From Macrostomum lignano (Eukaryota): a DNA stretch of 64,000 bases. The stretch spans positions 62,001 to 126,000 of the forward strand of contig NIVC01002668.1 in assembly GCA_002269645.1 (NCBI GenBank). Direction: 5' to 3'. Below, one piece after another: positions 12,429 through 24,528 of this stretch; within the stretch, counting starts at the first letter, position 1; the number at the start of each line of letters is the position of its first letter. Both the position numbers and the translations under genes were made by a program. The notes under the pieces are model-generated. The model saw only the letters and a list, made by a program, of their open reading frames with translations. It ran no database searches and had not been told where the DNA came from.

Positions 12429-14483
12429 TCAAATCTGGAGCAGCAGTCGTACTTGGCGAAGTGCCAGCCACCGGCGACGCGAAAACCAAGACATGTACAC
12501 ATCGTCCGAAGTCTCGCGGGTGGAAAAAATCCCGTTTGGGTTGAAGTGCATGCAGTTGTTGAACCACCAGCCACCTTTGCCGTAGCCGTCGGAGCACGAC
12601 TCACTGCGCCTGTCGTTGTCTGCGTCCATGGTGGAAAAACGCGACCGATTGTTGTGCTCCATGGCGTCCCAGCTGACGGTGGACCTCTCCGGCAGCATCT
12701 CTCGGTACGTCATCCGGTACCTGGAGCTGGCGTCGCCCACCTGGAATCCCGCGTACTCCGCATGCAACTCAGAGCCGTTCCACAGCCTCATCTCCACTCT
12801 GAGGGTGGCGCCACCTGTGCTTAGCAGACTAATTGCAGATAGACCTGAAAGTGCAACAAAGGCTACTGGAACTACAGCTTAGGCCTTATACAATTTCAGG
12901 ATGGATACATTTACTAAAATAACAAAAAACGAACCAATCCAAAAGTCGGTGTCGTGGCCAAAGCCAGTCTCGTATTCCGCCCACGTTCGCTGGAAGCTGA
13001 CGCTTCCACTCACCCTCTGCTGGATGGTCACGAACCATCTGCCGTCAGGTAAACTGCGAAACGTCTCGAAGGAAACAATTTTGGATCGCAATAGGCTGGG
13101 AATATTGCGGCAGGAGTTGTAGGTTGAGCAGGAAGGCGAACTGCCAATCGTTTTCATTCTCCAAGACAAAGATGCTTATGGGACATCAATAAGCACTGAT
13201 TCGCCACCAGAGAGGATGTCCGCCATTTTAGATGTCGCCACAAGTCAACAGGCTCCGACAGAGCAGAAAATCTAAAACAAGAGGCAATTTTCCTGTCATT
13301 CAATATGGACTAAAAAATTGCATTTAACTGCAGCGCCAACCTGGCAGCGCCACACTGGTTTAAGGACGAGCAGTACAGCCGCAGCTGAGCGGACCTCCAG
13401 TTTGCCGACACCATTAGCGGACCGACCTCGAACCGGGCACTCAACGAAGAGCTCACCGATCTCTCAGCAGTCCACAGCCGCATGAACTCCACTGAGAGAG
13501 GCGAAAAATCAGCCAGTTTAGTTCTCACAGTCTGAAGTGATGCTTCATCCTGCACTAAAAGGTTCAGCTTGAGATAATATTTGCCGCGGCTGAAGTCATA
13601 TCTGATTGACTCGCTGCTCAAGCTGGAGATGTTGTGGCACAGCAGAGGCTCGATAAGGAAGTGGCCCTTGATGTCGAGTCTCTGGTGCACTCGAACAGAG
13701 CAGTTCTCCAGACTGATGGAACGAATGAATCTCAGTTGTCGACATGAAGGCAGGGGACAGTACCTTAATCTGTACTCACTGGGGTCAAAGAAGGTGTGAT
13801 TTTGAGTCGATACTCGGTACTGGTAGGTCTGGTAGGTTCCGTTGAGAAAAAGCTTCGCCGATAAGCGAAGTCGTTGAAGGGATTCGACCGATGATAGCTG
13901 CAGTTCTGATCTGAGCAGGATGGTTCAGGTTTGTTCGAATCTTCACTATAATGATTTGTAAATATGAGCCAACCCAATTTTTCAAAACTTACGAGAGCTC
14001 ATATGCACTTCTGTCCATATCTGTTTCGATTCTTAGATCTCCAACGGACTCATGTGGACTCCAGATAAAAGCAATAGAACGAACAGTGGAGTTAGCATCT
14101 GTGGAAGCATTGACTTCTGACACAGCCGCAAAGGTCACAGACTTTGGTGATAGATGTTGCAGCTGACGCTGAGCTTCTGCCAGCATCCCATCATCCGTCA
14201 TCAACACAGGAATGCTCACGTACATCTGCTGCGTGATTAGATCCACTTTCGGACTCAGAGACTTTAAGCTTCGCGTCACGCACATGAGCGGCTCGACTGC
14301 CAAGTGCGGACCGTCGCTCGCTCCCGTGTCGTGCACGAACAGCGCGCAGCCGTTCACGCTGAGCTGCGCCACGAAGCGGAGCCGCGGAGAAGAGGCAGCG
14401 GGAGCGCACTGGGAGACCTGGCCGCTGACTCCCAGATAGAAGTACAGCAGTGACAGTGCTGCATTTTTGAGTGACATTTTCAT
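12429..14483 (-). pseudogene. FReD-2: paralogue of FReD-1 and FReD-3 with a 1-nt frameshift (pseudogene or assembly error)
   Basis: Exons 14483..13993, 13910..13341, 13271..12935 and 12844..12429 total 1814 nt, which is not a multiple of 3. Exon 3 is one base short near 13165-13175 relative to the paralogues, giving LCLGE*. The signal peptide, both N-terminal domains and the FReD (FSTMDADND, GGWWFNNCMHFNPNG) are otherwise intact. Confidence 0.75.
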
Positions 14484-15115
14484 TGAAGTGCCTTTCCTCA
14501 AGGTTTCTGTGCCTGCTATTCGAACATAGTTGTCTTCTAAATTTACTAATAAAAAATATCTTGCCGTTGAAATTTTTTAATTTATAGTGCTAATTATATA
14601 CCAGCGAATGCCAGATCAAGATTGTGTTGTCAAGTCTTAGTCAAATAAGTTTTGCTGTTTTCGTAATTGCCTGATACACCTACTTTCACGAGTAAAATTT
14701 AAGGGCAAATATACAAAAAATGGACTGAAATTTGATATTTTCAGCCTTTTGCTTAGGTGAATTGGTTATTTGTGACTTGCCTTGTCTGTCACTGCTTGTT
14801 GCGCACGTGCGTCTTAGAGTCACATGATGTTTTCCAATTCGCAAGTTCATTTTGGTGCAAAGCTTCGTTCGTTTCAAATTTAGCGTCTAAAGCTGTAGCG
14901 GCTTCCTCACCGTATCTGATGTTTACTCGCGTGCTTCTCTTGCAAGTTGCAGAAAGCATCCGCACCGGCTATTTGTGGGCTTGAAGCCAGTTTTCCGCTC
15001 GAAGTGGGAATCATCGATTTCCAAAACTACTTCATATACATGTACAAACGCATTTTTCTGGACTTGATGACCTTCTAATCAAAATTGCAAGTTTTATAAA
15101 GCTGTTTGTTTAACA

Positions 15116-15314
15116 CAGTGGTTTTTTGAAAGTTCACGATAGCAATCCGGCCCTCTCATTTGTGTCTTTTCTCCCCACTCCTCTCTTTTCTGTCATATGT
15201 CATCTCTTTCTTCTTCACTTTCCCCATTCTCTTCTCTTTTCTCGCTCATCTCGTGCGCAGCAATGAGCTGGATTTTTATCTGGCCCTTGAGATAAAAATT
15301 TTTGCCACCCCCTG
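15116..15314. mobile_element. Short hAT-like (Charlie-type) non-autonomous element
   Basis: CAGTGG...CTGGCCC...TTGCCACCCCCTG with imperfect TIRs. The 8-bp flanks GTTTAACA and GTTTAACG match at 7 of 8 positions. Confidence 0.5.
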
Positions 15315-15549
15315 GTTTAACGTATTCTTGCGTTGAAAACCTAAACAAAGATACAAATAAACTTTTTAATGTTAATGAAAACAGGAAACAGCTTAATCTT
15401 AATATTGCAGTTCTGTATTGAAAACGTTAAATCTGAGAACAGCGATTAAACAATCGCTTCCTTTATTTTATTGCGTCAAGTTTGCGCGGAAGTTTAATCA
15501 TCTCGACAAGTCCCGATTTGAACTTGTTCGTGTCGTGTTAAGCATCAGA

Positions 15550-18212
15550 TCATAACTGCACCATCAGCCGCACAAGCCGAATGGACATCCATCTGTCAGA
15601 GTGCCACAGCATGTACTTCAGGTTTATTGTCGGGCTGGTCGGGAACAGCCCATTTGGATTGAAATGGTAGCAGCTATTGAACCACCAGCCACCTCCGCCA
15701 TATGCATTGGAGCAGGACTTCCTACGGTCTCTGTCATTGTCCACATTGATGGTAGAAAACTGCATGCCTTTGTGGTACTGCATTGCATCGTGTTTGGCGT
15801 TAGACTTGTCCCTCAGCATCTCACGGTACGTCATCCGATACATGGAGCCGACGCCTTCAACTGTAAAGTTCGAGTACTCCGCGTACCACTCGGTGCCGTT
15901 CCACAGCTTCATCTCCACTCGAAGGGTGGCGCCGCCGTCGGTAAGCGAGGCAATTCTGTTCAGACCTGCAATGTCAATGAAGGGCGAATTCACGTTTGTT
16001 AATATTTGATTTGCTTTTTATGGGCTGGTGCGATTTGAAATGTTTAATAGTATTTAGAAGTATTGAAAGCACTGACAATATTTGAACGCTGAATTTCGCG
16101 TGTAGTTTCATTTTTACACTGGTAGCCCCTGGGACTCTTGCCGCGGCTAAGCCAAGATAAGTCTGACAAAAGGTTCTCAAAAGCAACTCAGATTTTATCA
16201 TACAGAAACAATAAAGAAAAACTTTTTAATGTTGAGACATCGTACCGATCCAGAAGTTGTTTTCATTCCCGAATCCGCGGATGTACGACGCCAGAGTGCG
16301 CCGAAAACTTTCCTCGGCCGAGACTCTCTGCTGTATAATGAAAAACCATCTGCCATCTGCGAGCCTTTTTAGCTTGCCAAAACTCAGGTCTCCACTCCGA
16401 GCAAGACTGCGAAGATAGGCGCAGCTTGCGGAGCGGCTGCAACTGATGGCGTCGGTGGAGCTTTCCGTTTTCCCAGAGGAGACGGTCGAGTCCGACTTGA
16501 AGAGGCAATCCGAATTAACAATTGACGTTGGATGCCAATTGATATGATACCAAAAAGCAAATGGATCCTTTGTCATTACATTGGACCTAAAATGTGTTGT
16601 AGTTTTATGGTTTTTTGTTTTAAAATACTAAAAAATTCGGAAATAATATACCTTTTTGCAATCAATTTCGTCGTTTTTGCATTCAATTTCGGCGCGAGCG
16701 CTAGTGTGCAGTCTAAACAACTGAGCCATAGACACTGGGCAACTTTTGCGTTCAAATTTGGCCTTTTTGCGTCCTATTTCGGCAGCTTACGGCATCAAAC
16801 ATATTTGCGGAGACGACTATAGGCCTGCTTTAGGAGACAAATTTTTCGTCCCACCCTCACTGAATGCGATCGAGTGAGAAAGTGTCTATGGCAAAAACAT
16901 TCGAACTGTGCCCACAGTGCGGCCCATGTGATTGCGCTGCCGAAATAGGACGCAAAAAGGCCGAATTTGAACGCAAAAGTTGCCCAGTGTCTATGGCTCA
17001 GTTGTTTGGACCGCACACTAGCGCTCGCGCCGAAATTGAACGCAAAAACGACGAAATTGATTGCAAAAAGGTATACTATAGAGGCAATAATTACTTCAGA
17101 TTGGTGCACTGTTTTATACTCCTGCAGTACAGCCGCAGCTGAGCGGACTTCCAGTCTGCCGACACCATCAGCGGACCGACCTCGAACCGAGAGCTCAACA
17201 AAGAGCTCACCGATCTCTCAACAGCCCACAGCCGCATAAACTCGACTGAGCGAGGCGACAATTCGGCCAGCTGTGTCCTCACGGCATCGAGTGTGGCCTC
17301 ATCTTGCAGCACGAGATCGAGTTTCAGGTAGTGCATGTTTCTGCCGTAGTCATATTCAACTGGTCCGTATGTTGACTTATCGACGCTCCAGAGTAGAGGC
17401 TCAATATAATAGGCACCCCTAGAATCGAGTCGCTGAAATACTCGAACTTGACGGTTTCTGTGGTGCATTAAAAGTACAAATTTAATGTCTGAGCAAGTTT
17501 CCAATTCGTATCTGGCACTTAAGAGAGACAGTTCCGTGAATCCGCGGTTTCGCGCCACTGGGCGCAGAGTGACTTGTCGAAATTTGCGATTTGATAAAAT
17601 GGTGGCCGTGAGTTGCACCTGGTCTAAGGCGTCGGTAGGCGACGTTTCTCGTCTAGAAATTGATTAGTTTAATATTGGTTTTGTCAAAAATTGCCAAAAA
17701 TATTTTTCTACCAAAAAGGACTCTAAATACACTCACTTCATCATCATCAGAGCCGCTTCTGTGTTATTTATTCCTATTTTTAGAACACCAGCCGAGTGAT
17801 TTGAACTCCACTCGAACCCAATAACGCTAGACTTGGTTGCCAAAGCTCCTATATTAGTGACAGTAGCGAAGCGAACGGGCTTTAGAGAAACGTTTCGCAG
17901 CTGCAGCCCAGCTTGGGCAAGCATGTGGGTATCCCATAGAAGCACCGGGACTCGGATGTACAAAATCTGCGAAATCAGATCGAGTTTCAAAGGCTGCTTT
18001 TCGATGGCACCAGTGACGCACATGATAGGCTCGATCTCCAGTGCATGCTCTCCCGAGTCGTATACAACCAGCGGACAGCCGCTCACGTTGAGCTGGGTCA
18101 CAAAGCGCGGCTTGGATGAGGCAGTTGGAGCTCTCTGAGGAAGCTGAGCAGCTACCAGCGAGCAGAAAATTAGAAGCAGTGCAGCCACTGCCACTTGGGC
18201 TGCGGAACTCAT
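15550..18212 (-). CDS. FReD-3: signal peptide + two unrecognised domains + fibrinogen C-terminal domain (596 aa)
   Basis: Exons 18212..17737, 17652..17095, 16586..16246 and 15965..15550 (1791 nt; phases 2, 2, 1; all GT-AG). Motifs FIIQQRVS..SFRR..YIRGFG..FWIGL, FSTINVDND and GGWWFNSCYHFNPNG. Confidence 0.88.
16649..17073. mobile_element. Tc1/mariner-type MITE in FReD-3 intron 2
   Basis: About 138-bp near-perfect TIRs (TACCTTTTTGCAATCAATTTCG...), flanked by TA on both sides. Confidence 0.85.
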
Positions 18213-20687
18213 GTGTTTTAGTATTGCCGTTCAAGCGCAAGCAAAAATATCCCAGACGAAGTTTCTTGGCGACCTTTTACTTTTATAGCTATACCTTCCA
18301 CCTCTGATGGCGTTATATTCGCTTTGCCGCAGCCAAGCATATCGATCGCATCTTGCTTGGGTTTGCCTGCACAATTTTTCTGTGCAGTTCTGATAGCCGC
18401 CTGGCATTAGGCGTGCTTGCAGTATGCTTGAACATCAATTCCTAGGCCAGCTGAACCGGTCTAGTTTTAACTGCTGGCCAGAATCTGATTGCCGTATCGC
18501 TTGTACGTTGACCATATAGTACTCGTAGCATGCCCTGGTACATGTGCTGTATTTTCTGCTTCCGTTCGTGCAGACCGCAAACAGCCACGCTTAGAAAACA
18601 TCCGGGCGGGTTTTTGACCGTTCCCACGTCCGCCTGCTGCTGCAGATTTCGCGGCTTTGCGCCTGACGGGTCCTCAGAGGGATCGCGACGCGCAGGGGTT
18701 CCTTTTTATTCGGCGTTTCGGCTCGGCAGATCTCCCACTCGCCCGTTTCCGCTTCTCCGGTTCTCATGGGACCACGACGCAATTTGCTGGTAGTTACAGA
18801 TTAGTTGGCAACATTAGGCGGTGAGTTCGTCGGCGTTGTTAATGGCGCTGCGAGCCGGAATCAAAGCACGGTGCCGCGATGTGTCTCGGGTCGCTCAACT
18901 CCGCACAGCATTCGAAAGCTTTGAACAGTATCTTGAGAAGCTACCGCCCAGACTGGCGGTCGGCAGGTTGGATGTGAACTGCCTGGTCTTCGACGCTCGT
19001 CCTCTTCTAAGGTGGATTTGTACATTATTCGGCTTAGTGGGTTTGGCCAGAAGCTTTTGCTTTGGATCTCTTAGCAGCCGTGGGAGTTTCCTCACGAGCA
19101 GAGGTCCCGCCGAGGGAGGAAACAGCCGCACCACGTTAACAGCCGAACCCTACGTTTCCAGCTGACGCGCGGAGCCCCCCCCCCTGTCGCATGTCATGAC
19201 ATGCCTGCAACCCTCCCCAAAGTCGGTAGATGAGGCATCTTTCGCTCACCTCTGTGCTTCGGCTTTGCGCCGGCGGAAATCCTAGAAGCGGGCGATGCTA
19301 TGAGCCTCTTTTTAGAGATGTAGCGCCCGCTACCGTGTTGTCCGACAAGGTTGTTGGTGTGAGGAGAGACGGATGTTCCGGTGCTACAAATGTCCGGTTG
19401 AGCCGCGGTACCATCCTCGGTGGGGGTTCCAGCAACATCAAGCGAAGCGGCGTTTATACATTGTTACTCCATTTGTCGCTGCAAAGCAAATGGGGACTAA
19501 GGTGAGAAGCTGCTGGGCCATATTCCCAAACCCAACAGCAGCCAAAAGATAGCGACCGGGGGTGGCCCAAGCCTTTGCCAGCCCGACCGCCAGCAACAGA
19601 GAAACTCCCTGGCCAAAAGCCAAAGATCCATCATTGTGGTGCTGCACTGGGCCTTTAAGAGAGACAAGGAGGCTGTCTCTGGAGCCTGCGGATTGGCCGC
19701 ATATCATGTTAAGAAGTCAGAGGGCAAAATCTGTTCCTCAAAGCCGTGGCCAGAGATACGCACAGGTTCACTTACAGGTAGAAGCCGAACCCAATACGGA
19801 CAAGACAGAAGCCAAGGCCATGGATGGATTTCCGCCACCAGAGCCCAATCAGTCCAGCAGTCCTAGAGCTGCCCTGAACACATGCGGGACGGGAACCCCC
19901 GGGTCGACTTGTGAGTCCCTGAGTAAGCTTGGAGTAAGTTCTCCTGCAATTCCTGCACCGGAATAGAGGGGTTTTAAGCCTGGTCTGTCCCATGCTAAAC
20001 AGGCGTGCCCAGCCCTCCGTAAATGTGAGCGCGCTGTCAATACTTGGCAGAGCCGCACAGGCAAATGACAGCAGTCAAAGTCAACAGAGCTCATCTTCAC
20101 AAAGCTCGCATCAGTTTTTTAATCCACTTTTGCTTCCGTTCAATGCGGGCAGGGGTTTGCAAATTTTTATGGATTCCGGACCCGCCTCCCAGCAGCACCT
20201 GGTCGGGGCTCCATCATTAATTGAATGCAGAATTCTCGTTCAGTGAGCAGAAGGCCAGGTGGGTGCATTATTAATGTGATGGGGCAGCGCTTCTCTGCCT
20301 CGGGGACTGCTGCTGGTTGCCATGCTGTTGCTAGCGGGTCATTTGATGCGGGCAAGAGAGACAGGGAAAGTGGGAGGTGGGGAGGGAGATGGGGAGCGAC
20401 CACTGGGTGGACAACTGTCTGCATAGCAAAGGGCTCGGCATGAGCGCACAGTGGCTCGGTACCTAAGCTCCATAACTGGGCACTGCGGGGCCGCCAAGTA
20501 CAGTGGGGAAAGAGAGGCGAGGGGTGGTTTGTCAGGCGCTTGGCAACCAGCTTGTATTTATCAGCTCTGGGGCGGCAGAATCCCTTATTTCAGGAGCCCC
20601 ATCAGGAGCTGAGCTCCATCGCGGATCATCTCGCATCAACAGAGCCGATCGCTGACTGTAAAATCTGCCCAGCAACTCCTGCCTGCA

Positions 20688-23600
20688 ATGAAGCTGAAAG
20701 CCAAGCGGTCCGAGCCGCTGCAGCTGCTTCTGTGCCAGCTGCTCACGGGTGAGTCTGAATGGAAATGGTGCCACCTTGATGGAGACTCACTCACTGCTCA
20801 CTCACACTCCTTTCAGCTGTGGCCTCCGCCGTAGACCCCAGCGCCGTCACCAGAGGCTTCTACCATCGGGTGACCAGCGGCTTCATCGGCATCGGAAGCT
20901 ACGTGAGCAGCGAGCTGCTCAACGAGACGGGTGTTCGATCAGATGTTCTCTGCCTGTGGAAGTGCTGGGCAACGTCATGCGTTGTCGCAGTCGTCAAGGA
21001 AGCCGCGATCCTCGAATGCCAGGTGCTCGTCATCAACAATGCGAGCGAGCCGGGCTTGAGCAGCAGCAGCTTTGTTGCCAGGGAGATTCGGCTTGAGGAC
21101 GGCGTGCAGATCTGGAAGGCTGGCGACTTTGAGCAGCAGCTGCTCAGAGGCACCGACGCCGCGCGCCCACTCGGTGAGTTTGTGAAATTGGCTGATGGAG
21201 TTCATGATTCAGCATTCATGCAAACGCACCCGCATCATCTGATGCTTACTCAAAGCTCAGTTTTGAAGAAAGCTGTTTCAGCCTTAATTCCTATCGAATC
21301 CAACCCCGAATATCCATCTCACAGCGTACCTGGATTCTAAGAACGTGACTCACAAGCGGGTCCACATTCCCAACAACTCGGTGAAGATTATCGCCGCCTT
21401 TCTTCAGCACCAGTCGGCTGTCTCATCGCTCGTTGGCTGCGTTGACAAGTGCAGCGAGGTGCCGGACTGTCGCGGGATTGTGTTCAACTCCAGCAACTGC
21501 TCTCTGCTCACCGACTACCCGCTGTGCCGCTGGTTCGAGCAGCCTCCGAACAGCTCTGAGCTGGCCGTCTATGTGAGTGTTGGGAAAGGAAGCTTTTTGG
21601 CGTCACGTCACTGCTGAGTAAAGCATGTCTGCATTGATGACGATCGAGTTCCGGATGTTCCGGGTTCGGTTTCTGTGCCAGCGAGCAGTTTCTCTGAGCA
21701 GCTCAGCGGCTCGCGCGCCACGACCCTTGGGCCTTGGTTCGATTCTGTGTGCGGCCGCATTAATTTGGCCTTGTTCTCAGAAATTAGCTGAGGGGTCTTT
21801 TCTCTGATTTCCACACATGCCGGCCGACACTTCACAGACACATGCCGGCCGACACTTCACAGACACATGCGTGCCGACACTTCACAGACACATGCCGGCC
21901 GACACTTCACAGACACATGCGTGCCGACACTTCACAGACACATGCCGGCCGACACTTCACAGACACATGCGTGCCGACACTTCACAGACACATGCCGGCC
22001 GACACTTCACAGACACATGCGTGCCGACACTTCACAGACACATGCCGGCCGACACTTCACAGACACATGCGTGCCGACACTTCACAGACACATGCCGGCC
22101 GACATTTCACAGACACATGCCGGCCGACATTTCACAGACACATGCGTGACAGTTAGAAATTTAACAAGCCGCTTTTCATCCTGGACGTGTGCACGCGTGT
22201 TTGAGTGGCGTTCCTGCGTACACCATCTCTCAGTTTGAATGAATGTACGAGCTAAGGAGTCAGCAGTGTAACTGTCATACCAAGGACGAATTCAGTAGGA
22301 CGGGAAACCTCGTTTCTTGGAATAATTTTGAAGGCAGGTTTTTCAAAAAAATTCAGTGCGGAGACAGAAAGTTTTCATTTCTTAGCAAAAAAATTGTTAT
22401 TGCTTTAGATAGGAGGCAGATCCAGTGTTCATCTTTTGATATGCTGTTATTGCTGTTTTGTTTTTTTGTTTTTTCGCAATGTTGTTGGGGCTTCTGTCTC
22501 GGGCAAACTCGGTTCACTAAAGTTGCAGGAACGCATTCCACAGCCGGCGTCCGGCCTCCGGCTCTCGACAGAGGTCACTCAGGCTGGTCACGCCGAGTTG
22601 TCGCCGTACTCGGTTCAGGGCAGGGCAGCCTTGTTATTGCTGTCTTATTGCTCTATCGATATTCATAAAGCTTTTCGTTCAGAAAAATAGTTTTCTATGC
22701 CATTTTTCCACGTAAATTTGCACGTGTCTTGTGCCTAAAAACCATTAAAATGGCACAGCTCGGCTCTTTGGTTTTATTAGTGTATTTTGTTATTCTTATC
22801 TGACTGTTTAAATACGGAGTATGCTTAACAGAGATTATAAAATCGATTCAGAAAACCAAAAATTGGAGCTGTGCCAAGCATTTTTATGATTTTTAGGTAC
22901 AGGAAATGCACATAGAATAAGAAAAGAGCATAGAATCCTTTTTTTTAACGAAAAGCTTCAGAATATCGATAGAGCAACAAGAAAGACACAAAATATCAAA
23001 AGATGAACACTGGATCTGCCTCCTAACAAAAACGAAAACATTTTTTTCTGAAAAACCTGCTTTCAATTTTTTTTCAAGAAACGAGGCTTCCCGTCCTTTT
23101 ACTTGAGTCGTCCTTGAGTCATACATGTAGCTGCCTCAACGCTGCGGGACGTCCGATGCCACTGAAAGTGTTTGTTCAAGGATTCCACAAGTCTTATGCC
23201 AATAGTTATGTGAAAGTTGCTAGCAGTTAAAAATGCCTTTGTTGCATGAGTTTAATTTAAACAAGGCTGTAAAAGTATTTTGATTGCTTTCTGGATCAAC
23301 AGCTAACATCTCTGACAGTCCACATCGATTTCTATCACAAGAAAAATACTTTAAAGATTTCACGAAACCGCAAACTCAGGAGTTCCACACTGTGGGCACT
23401 CAGCAGTGCTTCCAGACCGTCAACCTGCGGGTGTCGGACGCGCTGAGCTTCGACCGGCTCTGGGCCGAGTACAAGGCCGGCTTCGGCACTTATCACGGCA
23501 ACTACTTTGCTGGTGAGTCACTTGGGGCTCTTTTACTTGAGTTTCTGGTCGTATGCGCACTGTGTTTTTCATAGAAGAAAGTAAGTATTATTTATTTTTC

Positions 23601-24528
23601 AGCTTATTGAGATCATTGGTAAATTTTGAATACTTTCGGAATTCAGAAATATGATATGTACTTGAAAAAACGTTTTTTTGAAAATTGAATTTATCTAAGT
23701 TATAAGAAACTTTGAATTTTTTAGCAACTATTACATATTCTACTTCAGCACTCAAAGCTACTTGTAAAAGTACACTCCGCCAAGCTACTCTAAAAGTACT
23801 CTGCATGTTCAAATCTTTTAGATTTCTCTTCCCATATTAAAATAGGATATTAGAATATTTAACAGCTCTACTTATCTGATGAAGATGAGGCAAGCGATAA
23901 CATGAAATATTCTCGTTTGTCAAAGACCAAATGTGTTTGCCTTGTGCAGCTCAAGTAGCTGTGTAAAAGCTTTGTAAAGTAAAAGATAAATGGGGACAAA
24001 CAAGTGATGCTTATTAATTCTAATGGGAAATTCTAAAGTAAGCCATGTAAAATTTTCTCACAAACAGGCCTCGAGTGGCTGCACGCCCGGACCAGCGCTC
24101 AGCCCAGCAGCAACCGGTTCCGCGTCGACCTGCTGTATTGGAACGACACCTTCATCTACGCCTACTACCTGAACGTGCTCATTCTGGCCGAGAGCACCAA
24201 CTACACGGTGTCTGAATTCACGTTTGAGCCTGCTGTGGGTCTTCGCCAGAACTTTTTTGTCGGCAATAACATCCAGTTTCAGACTCGAGATCGTGGCTTG
24301 AGTACCTGCATTAATGGACAGAACTGTGCCCAAAGGTACCAGCCTCAGTGGCACGCATGCTGCCATGCCTCAGGTCCGTTCGGCAAGTACTTCAACTACC
24401 CGACAGCGCTGAATGTGCCAGCTGCAGACCGAGCCAAGGGCATCGTTTGGGCTTCAAATGCTCCAAATAACATCACTGACGGATGGTACTACAGCTTCAA
24501 GCAGCTGGAGATTCTCATGCTGACCTGA
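20688..24528 (+). CDS. FReD-4: signal peptide + two PAN/apple-like domains + atypical fibrinogen C-terminal domain (419 aa, isoform a)
   Basis: Exons 20688..20748, 20817..21173, 21325..21572, 23380..23512 and 24068..24528 (1260 nt, phases consistent). PAN-like Cys patterns LCLWKCWATSC and GCVDKCSEVPDCRGIVFNSSNCSL. FReD motifs LRVSDALSFDRLWAEYKAGFG..NYFAGLEWLH and FQTRDR. The exon-4 acceptor was chosen by phase. Confidence 0.78.
21812..22147. repeat. 25-bp minisatellite (CACATGCCGGCCGACACTTCACAGA), about 13 units
   Basis: Two alternating variants (GCCG/GCGT) in FReD-4 intron 3. Confidence 0.92.
22281..23116. mobile_element. CAAGG-ended non-autonomous DNA transposon (P-superfamily-like), copy 1
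   Basis: TIRs CAAGGACGA...TCGTCCTTG. The 8-bp flanks TGTCATAC and AGTCATAC match at 7 of 8. Homologous throughout to 33856..34553. Confidence 0.8.
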
